The notes under the pieces were generated by a model. It was given only the letters and a program-made list of their open reading frames with translations. It had not been told where the DNA came from and ran no database searches. From Botryllus schlosseri (taxonomy: Eukaryota): DNA of 64,000 nt. Both the position numbers and the translations under genes were made by a program. Below are positions 54,369 through 64,000 of the stretch, piece by piece. Position 1 is the first letter of the stretch; each line of letters starts with the position of its first letter. The stretch covers positions 17,360,001-17,424,000 of the forward strand of contig CM119374.1 in NCBI GenBank assembly GCA_051294905.1, read 5' to 3'.

Positions 54369-55515
54369 AGTAGAAATTCAAGGAATTTTGATCAGAGCTG
54401 TGAAGATTACCGTAACATTTTGCTATTTTACAGTGTAGTGCAGTGTACAGGGTAGACTCGTTTGCCATCAGGATGTTTCAAAATTATTGTACTTACCACA
54501 CCTTTGAAGATCTCAATACACTTATTGGATAGAGAAGCGTGGGCAATTCTGTGATGAAATATTTTGTAATCAAAGTTGCCACTTGAGCTTGGTACTTCAG
54601 TGCTATTGTGGATTCACAACACGTTGGTATTCTGCTATACCCTTGAAGAACTCTTCGAATAGATACATTCATGGGTGACTCGAACTTGATGGGCAGTTGA
54701 ACATGATGGCTGCGATTACTAAGGTGCAATTCTCACTACAGTATGTATTCTGCTGATCATACGAATAACTGAATGAATGGGACCTAAATGAATTGTACAA
54801 AAAAGGCTGCATATTATGCAACATGCGACTGAAGAGTGCGAAAGTCATCTGTGATGCGATTTTGTATATTCAAAGTTGGCGCAATACTGCGACTTGTTGC
54901 TTTGTCGGCGCTGTGGTTTCACAATTTACAATTCTTCCGTACACTATAGTTTTTCAGTACCGTAACTTTTTTAACGAAAAAGCCTGCAAAATTCATTTTG
55001 CGAAACGATGTTTCCGTTTATAGTAATGGCTCAAAATGCAACAAGGTTTTCATTGTTCAACTGCCTGCCTGAAATCCAATCTACGGAGTTTGCTGCTGGG
55101 AAACCAAGTGGAGAGTCATTGTTTGTGATTGCGCAAGATATTTCTTACCCTTTATTTGATGAGACTACACAGGTATTTAGGAAATCAGTTTGCAATTTAA
55201 CTGCAGTTCTTTGTTTGTATTTCATGTTTTTGATCATACTATTCGATTTGATTTCTGTTTTACCTGTCTCTTAGCTTGAGCTATATATTGTCCTCGTCTA
55301 TCTCTTCTCATTTTCCGTTGCTTTTAACTAGTAAGAACTATTGCAAACGCGCTTGAAGCATCTTAGTATTCTCAAAGCAAATCATAAGTTCACATTTATT
55401 ATTCAATTTGAGTTGCTTGATTGTCGGCGAATACAAGATCGATACAGGAAGTTTGCGGAGTCCAAAAGCAGATTCAGTTAAGCAGACAGGATTTGACGCC
55501 TGGGAAATCGTCAAG

Positions 55516-55960
55516 TAGGTTACCATACGTCCTCTTTTAAGAGGATTTGTCCTCTTTTTTGACTTTTTTGAAAGTGTCCTCGGAGGACGCCCTTTTGTCC
55601 TCTTTTTTGAGATTTTGTCCTCTTTTTTGAAAATTTAGGTCAGATTTGGAGGAAATTGCGAGTGAAATGCCGCAAATTAGCGCAGAAGTGAAGCTCCGGC
55701 GGGTATTTCGGAGGGAAAAGCGGTGATTTTAGCTCTGAGCGATAAGAAGACCTTTTTTTTTAGTCATCCACCTGGCAATGTGGAGAGAAAAACGATATTT
55801 TGAGCTCTGAGCGGAAGAGATGACCTTTTTTTTTTTTTTAGTCAACCGATCACGAAGTGGGAAAAATTTACCGGTTTTTGAAAATTCTTCTCCAGTTTTG
55901 CATGTCTGAAATTTCTGAAAAAGTGTCCTCTTTTTACATTTCCAAAATATGGTAAGCCTA
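55516..55960. mobile_element. hAT-type MITE with GTCCTC subterminal repeats
   Basis: TIR TAGGTTACCATA / TATGGTAAGCCTA; perfect TSD TCGTCAAG. Relics of this family occur near 1665-1707, 19355-19420, 35822 and 36245. Confidence 0.85.
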
Positions 55961-55980
55961 TCGTCAAGTCAACATATAAC

Positions 55981-56928
55981 CAGTGTTGGGATGACTCGAG
56001 TCATGACTTGACTCGAGTCAGACTCGAGTCACCTTTTTCGTGTGACTTGACTTGACTCGAGTCACTTTGCTAAAATGACTTGACTTGACTTGACTCGGCG
56101 TATCAGAAATGTGGATTGACTCGTGACTCGGAGCAAAATTCACGAGTCAATTTCGAGTCATCAAGCAATCGATGTCGATAAAAATCATTGTGTCTTGCAT
56201 ATGTCCGGATTGTACGCGAAACGCTGTTGTAAACCGTGAGAGCGACCAATCATTCAATGATAGTGCGTTGTACTGAGCCTCCATTGTACTCACACAAATA
56301 AATTGATCGCAAACGAAGTGATCGAAGCTTACAGGTTACGCTGTCGTAAACTTGTACGTCTATTTCTGTTCTCTGTTCTTAACTTAGCCAAACCTTCTGT
56401 TTTATTGAAATTGAATTCCAATATAGTTTATTTATATAGTCCACAACCATTGGCGCAGGCTGGAATTGTATGATATCAATTTGTAACTGGGTAATGTATT
56501 GCATCTTATCAATTCGTTTCTCTATTTTGGCTGGTAACTATAATCCGAGGCTATGCTATTTCTTACATAGTATAGCATTTCCACGTATATGTGAGCAATA
56601 AAGCGCCTTCTGGCGTTTATATTTAACTCTATATTCGTTCAGGAGTCCAGAATCAATGACCACTCAATCTGTGTTTCTGACAGCTAGCAAAATGCAATGA
56701 CGTAACCATACCTCATACTTCGAAAAGGCAACTTGACTCGAATTGTGACTTGACTCGTGACTTGACTTGACTTGACTCGACTTGACTCGAGTCACCTCCA
56801 AAAATCAAGTGACTTGACTTGACTCGAGTCACCTTCGAAAATCGATTGACTTGACTTGACTCGAGTCAAAATGTGCAATGACTCGAAATGACTCGTGACT
56901 CGAAGGTAGTGACTTGATCCCAACACTG
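55981..56928. mobile_element. hAT-type MITE with GACTCGAGTC / GACTT subterminal repeats
   Basis: TIR CAGTGTTGGGAT; perfect TSD CATATAAC. Related fragments lie near 7655, 9900-10050 and 62960-63370. Confidence 0.88.
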
Positions 56929-58750
56929 CATATAACTACTCCGCTATGCCCATAAACATGATTTATTTGATACCATAGCATGAATTGTTTTATTACCATG
57001 GGGAATATTTGGCACAATAACTGATGAAGCAACGGTTTTGCACCGATTTAACAACACTGTTATTATGAAATACGGGTAGTTAAATTCAGGCGGATTCACA
57101 ATTGTGGTGTAAAGTTGTTTTTTCAGTTAGTGTAAATTCAAAGGCCAGCCCTTGGCGTATTTCCAGTCAAAAGTTAGTTAATCGAATATACATAGGTATT
57201 TCTTGAACCTACAATTTATTAAGAGATGTGTAAAAGTGTGAGTCGAGTATTCGAGTACCAATGATTATGATGTCGGACTGGGAAATTTCAAATACCTTGC
57301 ATTCGTGCAACTGCAAATAAAATGATGGACAATTACACCATACATTGATTTAGCACTTGCGACCATATCAATTTGTGGTGATATTATGAAAATGCTGAAT
57401 TGACTTGAATCGTTCTAAAGTTGAGTAGGCCTACTCAAATCATTGTGCCCAGCCTTTCTGGCTGATAACTGAGATTTGAACACTTACGTATTGTTGACTT
57501 GGACCTGGACTCGACCTTTCACAGACTCACACCATTACTCGACTTGACATTGTGTAATTGACCAGAGTCAAAATTTACAGTCGGAGAATGTCTTGTGAGT
57601 TGGAACTTTTTGCAACCTGGTAAATTCAAGTAGGCCTATGATAAATTTAAGCCTGTGAATGACGCCACAAGTCCATGACTAACAGTAAGGATATTGCCTT
57701 TTCGGAGATGGATATTTAGTGGTGAGCGGAAGAAACTTGCAGTGACATGAGAATAATTTCATCGACTCACGGCAGTAGAATATTTTTTTTATGGCTTCAA
57801 TAGGCCACACTGTCATGCACAACACTAGATAATAAGGCTCAACAATGTTGTGTAGTGTGTCACCAATGGTAATTTGTACAAGATATGCAAACAAGTTATG
57901 TCAGCCTGTATGTTATGAACTTACAAAGACCAGAGAGAAAGTTTTTGATTTAGAAGACTAGGGTCTCCCTGATCAGTTAAAATGAATAACTGTTGGGCGT
58001 TAAAGCAAACGGGTAATATGCAGTAAGCACACCTTTGGACAATGTGATGTTATTTGTGCTCACTATGTCTAATAACTCTCAATTTTTATTCTGATTGAGC
58101 CTTTAGTAAAGTATATTTTGACTAGTTACACTTATGCTTTGACAGAATTTAAAGCGAGATAAGCTACTTCATTGATTTTGTAAGATATAAATTATTCTAC
58201 CGACAGGATTGTGTCATTTTTATAAGTAAAATTGTCATGTATACCTCACTACACACCGGCCTCATTCAAATTCTTTATCAATCGGTTCTATCACAAATGT
58301 CATATTTTTCAGTCAGTTTATGCTACAAAAATGTCATTGATACTAACCAGTATTGATAACTGGTTTGCTCATAAACTTTCGTGAGATAGCTCTATAGAAC
58401 TGGCTGCATCTGACCACAGGCTCTATGACGGTATTAGAATACAACTTTGTATTTGACCTATTGTATAGCACCACTATTCATTTTAGGCTGGTTACAAAAG
58501 TGCACGTCACAGTTTTGAAATTAGCCCCTGCAGCACGGTGTTTTCTAGGATTGCGCCTGTGTATATTGTATATATAGTATCATTATTTGTAGCAACTCTA
58601 CTTTTGAAAACTACTCACCTGAATATTTTTGAGACCTCGATTTTCTACTTCCACTGGAAACAGTATAGACATGTCTTAAAATTTACTACTTCTACTTGTA
58701 GTTCAGCGAAAATCCACAGTATTTCTTCTAGTTCTGCTTGAGTACCAACA

Positions 58751-60657
58751 ATGACTACTTCGACCACCTGTGTGGAGTACAGTGCCGAGTGCGTCCTTGT
58801 GGGGGACGAAGCTGTCGGTAAGACATGTCTCGTGCTGTCTTACTGTACCAATAAATTTCCATTGGAACATGTACCAGTGGCACAATCTGTAAGCTCCGCC
58901 AAACTAGTGTTCTTGTTTTTCGCATAAGTCAAGTATGCGATTGCTCATGCAGGTTCTTGGCATGAATTACTGCCCAACGGTGATGTGCGAAGGGGGAAGG
59001 TGTAGAATTCGATTGCTGGATGTGCGGGGTAAGATGCGTTTCAATTTGCTGCGAGTACAATAGGTTGGTAATAACGTGCTTACAATCACAGTCTGTAGTC
59101 AAAGGTGGCCAAAGTAGTTAACATTGCTATTGAAAGCGACACTGAGCTCTAAAAATTATGTGGTCTCAAATTGCAGGGCGAAACGAAAAACTTGGCCGCA
59201 GCCATTTCCTTTAGAACGCCATGGTAATGGAGCCGCGATTTATTGAAATTTTCACAGCACCTTCGCGCTCCAGCTGTTGTGGCTGCACATCATTCCTTAA
59301 CCCGCTACATGGCACGATGTCTTCACCGCCGCACTTGCGCGACGCGATTAGGCAGTCACGCAGGGAACGAACTTTAGATAGTTGTCAGCCGATGTTATGA
59401 AGGAAATATGTCAACAACTATCAAAATTTTGTTCTCTGCATGACTGCCTAATCGCGACGAGAGCAGCCGCGACAGCTGGATGCGGGGGAAGAAGAGCCCA
59501 GATAAACCTCCAACAAAGAATCGAATCCAGGCCGGGTAGAACGCACTTATCGTCATCACTACACTAATTCCCCCCTATTACACTAATTCAAGTAAACTGT
59601 AGAATTTCACTTGATTAGTTTTTGTCAATTAACCACGACTACATTTGACAAACCCAATCAATGTCAATATTAAACACATCCAACACATATGAAACCTCTC
59701 TATTATCTAGCTGAATTTTGTCAATACAGGTACCGACGAGTACGAGAGACTGAGACCGTTATGTTACCCTCGCTCGGATGTGTTTCTGATGTGCTTTTCC
59801 GTTGTCGATCCATCGTCATTTGAAAATATCACAGAGAAGGTGAAAACTATTATACATTCTCATTTTCCTATTGCACTTCCAGATACTGAAAATGTGTTTC
59901 GCGTCCAGTGAATTTTTGATTTTTTTTTTTGCTAGAAAATTTTGTATTCACTTGTAGAGACGGCCAAGTGGGCAGTAGAAATTCAAGTAATGTTCAAAAC
60001 ATCCTTTCCAAGACATGTCAGAATCACTATTAAAATTGCAGGATGGGTTTCCCCAATCAAATCAAAATGACGTTACAAATATACTCATAAATATATAAAT
60101 TTTCAAAAATATATTCAGTTACTGTGACACAGGGACCATTTCACCAGTTTTCATGATAATACAAACTCCAAAGTGTAAAAAGTATGTAAATAATATATCA
60201 CTAAGATATAGTAGTGTCACTTGACCACATAGTGGTAAAGGAAAAAAATCAACTCGAGCTTTTCTTTGGTTGGCCACTTTTAAGGCGTTGCAATCATTTT
60301 TAGTGGATTCCAGAAGTACAAAGTCACTGCCCCAACACTCCATTCATTCTTGTCGGCACAAAAACTGATTTACGGGAAGACAACGCTACAATTGAAAATC
60401 TATTGAAGAATGATAGAACTCCCATTTCTCAAGAAGATGGTGTCAGACTTGCCAAGGACCTGGAAGCTGTGAAATACTTGGAGTGCTCTGCACTAACAAT
60501 GGTACGCATGGATTCTAGGCCAACTGCATTGACTTGAAATACTTCGAGTATGAACCTTGGTGTTGGTTTACAGGTTGGACTGAAGAATGTGGTTGACGAG
60601 GCGACCAGGGTAGCTTTACTACCTCCCAGAACAGTAAAGAGGTGTAATATAATGTGA
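58751..60657 (+). CDS. Divergent CDC42 paralog (atypical Rho GTPase), 5 exons, about 201 aa
   Basis: Exons 58751-58888, 58953-59028, 59730-59839, 60304-60501, 60574-60657 share CDC42's intron phases and its 110- and 198-nt exon sizes, with an open frame. Sequence: [34 protein letters not shown]|[25 protein letters not shown]|[17 protein letters not shown]...GTKTDLRED...ECSALTM|[27 protein letters not shown]. Confidence 0.9.
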
Positions 60658-62218
60658 TATCTCATTCAGTTATCTATTATTTATTGTCTATATCAGGGCC
60701 CATGGGTCGCAACCTTTTGTATGCCAAATATTTTCGTACAAATTTGACAATGAGACCTTATCTGGCCGGCCCAGAACAATGCATGGCTACTTAAATGTGT
60801 TTCAGGAATTTTATCTGCTTACTGCTGCTTATCCATAATTTATTTTGCTAAAGTTAGGACTTATCTCTGCCATAAAAGTAAGCTATTTTTTTCAAGTTCA
60901 ATTAGTCTGCATGCAATATTGTGATCCTTGGAGTACAAATTATGTTCAACTTCTTCATATGTGTGAATACTTTTTAACCAATCTATTGCGCCTTACAGCC
61001 TGTATTTCAATCCCGGAACCTACTGTCAAGAAAACTGATACTATAAAGAACATCAGTCTGTAGCGTTTTGGCATGTCCGTATAATGGCTGGCCATAACAG
61101 TTTTCAAGGGATTTAACATTCCATGATTAATGATCTCGTATGTCACCATTGTCTCCATCCATTTTACCATCTATAGAGTTTTATATATACTGATTACTCC
61201 GAGGTGATACAGTTACTTGCAAAAGTGAAGTGCCACCCACATTCATTCTATGCAGTAAACTTTTATCGTATTGCTTTCCCGCCGGTTTTGGTTTGTTACT
61301 TTTGTATTATGACAATTACACTTCTTTATTATTACAATTATGCTAGGCGAGAAATTGCTGTTTTGAATAAATTCAAATTTTAGACAACGCTGGTCTGGAA
61401 TTCAATCAAGAACAGCGAACATCTTAGTCTGGTTAGTTAGAAAGGGCTTATTTATAATGCCGAAGCCATGACTGGTTTCCACAGAATAAAAACTACGAAC
61501 GTGCTCGACCAGATCGGGGATCGCAAGGTTCCACCACCCAATTTACGATTACCGAAATAATTGTTCAATTGTCAGGTTATTTCAACTTGATAAGGTAATA
61601 ACGGGACCCCGTCCCAATAAGTGTGCGTTCCTTGAAACATTAAAGGTAGATAGACAAAATGAGTCGCTTTCCTACGCCTTTCACCGAAGCTTTTCAATTA
61701 ACACAGGTGTCTAAAAGCTACGGTACTTGATCTCGAGATTGTCAATATTTTGAGATGGAATGCAAATTATGGATCATGATATCATCATTTGCTGGTCATA
61801 TAGTGTCAGGAACAGAAAATATGGTTGGAACTGCACCATTTCGGGGTACCAGTGTCAAGCTCAAGTCATTACCTCGAGTCAAAATTTCAACTCAAGATTT
61901 CAAAGCGAGTGGAATGACGTTATTCCAAATGCCACACTTTTAGACCGAGTGGAGTCGTATGAGTCATAGCTGTTCAGCGTGTTCACGCATTTAATTAAGT
62001 GTCGGTGGTCAGAGTTGTATTGTCGACTCACAATCAGATCGAAATTTTCAAGCATAGCTTGTGTGGTTTTGAATATGAGTCACAATTCCGTTCGTGTTGA
62101 AGGCAAATGCAAGTCGAGTTTATTGCCCCTGGAACGATCTCGATACACCATCTCCAATCTGACAAACTGGAACGCTCCACCGAAATCTACATCATCGAAG
62201 ATTGCACCCGTAAATTTC

Positions 62219-63976
62219 TCATGCACCGCTCAGTCGCTCCGCAATCAGTTGCATATTGAAAATTGTTGAATTCGTTATGGACTTTACTGGAATCAGTTCC
62301 CTCGCTCGAAGACTGCCTCGAAAATCCGCATCGTCAACGGTAACCCACCTAGTGGCGCGTTCGTCTCGGGCGAGGTTCAGTTCCAGCTCGCATTTTTCTG
62401 AGCATCCGATCAAAATCTGTCCAAGGCGAAAGAGATCTCATTTTTCAGTTCGCAATCAACGGCACTACAATGTCACAAGAAGAGGTGGTCAGCAACGACG
62501 GTCTTCTATTTTTGTCAGAGTACTCAAGTAGACATACTGCCGCTTCTACTTTACTTCAGTTTTTTAGGCATTACTTTGGATAAGTGAGCTAAATCTAAAT
62601 TACAAGCCTACGCGGAGCTTCAAATATTTGCTAGTCACAAAAACAAGAATCGAACACCTTGCTAAAAAATACTCGTTGAACTGTGCATCATCAACATCGT
62701 AACCAAATCCCCCTGCGTGCGGCACTACAAATGACGGCATTCGCAATTCTACTACTGGTCTACTACTAATTGCCCGCAACAAATAATGGCATGTTATCAC
62801 AAATCAAATCAGTTTTGCGTGTCTTGATTCCAGCGGAAAACTGCGAAACCCCTGGTGTTCCATGGAACTGCTGCTTTAGATTTTTTTGTAAAGTAGAAAT
62901 TAGTTTTGCGATGCATTGACGTTCATGAGTGAAAGTGTCACGACAAGCTTTGTCACTTTTATAGTTTTGACTCGAGTCAATCCGAGTCATTTTCAATTGA
63001 CCCATGACTCCGAGTCAGTGAGTAGAGGGTCGAGTCCGAGTGAATGTTGAGACTCAAGTCCAAGTCATTGTGTTCACTGAATTTAGTTTTGAGTTCAATC
63101 CAGTTAAACCCACTTTTTTCAACTCTGCTCGAATGGTCCTTTTTCCAAATATCAAGACTGATAGAGGATGTACCAATAATGTGGTGACTTTACTATTCTT
63201 TTAAATTACGATGAAATGTGTATCTTGGCCGTCCTAGTCTCGAGTCATATGACTTGGTTCGAGTCATGCACAATGACTCGAGTACAAGTCAAGTCTATAC
63301 ACAAATTGACTCGAGTCGAGTCATTTTACGCATTTGAAAAAATGACTCGAGTCAAGTCGAGTCATCAAAAAATCGGAATACCTCCTGTACCACAGTAACT
63401 GAATATATTTTCATAAATTGCACCTATAATGTACTTCATGTAGTGTCAGACATCATACAGCGTTAGTTGCAAAGACGAAATTTTTGAGGATACCGCGTCC
63501 AAGTAACTGCTAAAACTATGCAACCTCTATTTACTTGTCTGAACACATTCATAGTAGTTTTGACAAGTCCTGGAAATTGCTCCTTCCAATCGTAACTGAG
63601 AAGTAATTTAAGGATTATGTTATATTTGTACTTGACTCGAATACGAACGTTGACACGTCTGGTCATTGTCGACTTTATCAGCCTGTCTAAATGGATGAGT
63701 ACATACCTCAAAAGTTTTATTCTGTGATGAACATTCGGACGTAAGCACGGAATTACTAAGAATCTTCAGTAGGCAAGACCTTAACGATTGTTCCACCTTC
63801 ACATAGTCTGCTGCTTCTCTTCTGTTAACATAATTTTTTAGTCTTCGAGAACATATAAAAACTATCAATGCATTTGCATACCGATCGTCTTTCTGAACCA
63901 CATTGGTTTCAAAGGTGTACTTCTCCACTGGAACTTCTGCATCGTTTATCAACACACAGACTTGCGATATCTTATC
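62219..63976 (-). CDS. MAD2L2: Mitotic spindle assembly checkpoint protein MAD2B / REV7 (HORMA domain), 3' exons only; gene continues beyond the window
   Basis: Exons 63976-63882, 63842-63707, 62416-62219: DKISQVCVLINDAEVPVEKYTFE...VEQSLRSCLLKI...KTFE|ILIG...RWVTVDDAD...ELIPVKSITNSTIFNMQLIAER. These match recalled REV7 motifs PVEKFVFE, VEQLLRAFILKI and LIPLKTM...MQLYVEE. Confidence 0.8.
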
Positions 63977-64000
63977 CTGAACGCAAAAGTAGCTCATGAG

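Noticed and set aside
58878-58882. GT (58877) or GC (58880) donor for exon 1 of the CDC42 paralog at the exact CDC42 position
   Set aside because: Weak consensus. The in-frame GTAAGC at 58889 is a much better donor and gives a 64-nt intron like CDC42's 65 nt; not proven without transcripts.
63463-63711. Adjacent ORF or read-through as the REV7 C-terminus
   Set aside because: The REV7-like C-terminal motif (LIPVKS...MQL) is in the exon at 62416-62219, which joins in phase to the donor at 63706.

Overview
Eukaryotic (invertebrate metazoan) genomic DNA, about 40% GC, rich in introns and transposons. A tunicate or other invertebrate chordate is plausible but is inference only. Host genes built by hand from splice sites and recalled homology: a 12-exon UTP3/SAS10 (+, 545-16990); tRNA-Gly(CCC) (-); CDC42 (+, 29995-34765) with two alternative last coding exons; a frameshifted Ig-superfamily fragment (+); an intact but highly atypical CDC42 paralog lacking the canonical G12/A59/Q61 residues (+, 58751-60657); and the 3' part of MAD2L2/REV7 (-). 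The rest is dominated by non-autonomous DNA transposons whose ends and target-site duplications (TSDs) can be read directly: 8-bp TSD hAT types, 9-bp TSD Mutator/foldback types and 7-bp TSD P-like types. Highlights: a 13-kb nested insertion holding a near-intact Gypsy element and a young LINE; a foldback element carrying a TTAGGG-rich core; and two 36-46 bp palindromic micro-elements with perfect 7-bp TSDs. Most entries in the supplied ORF track are spurious. No database searches were run; family assignments rest on remembered motifs.
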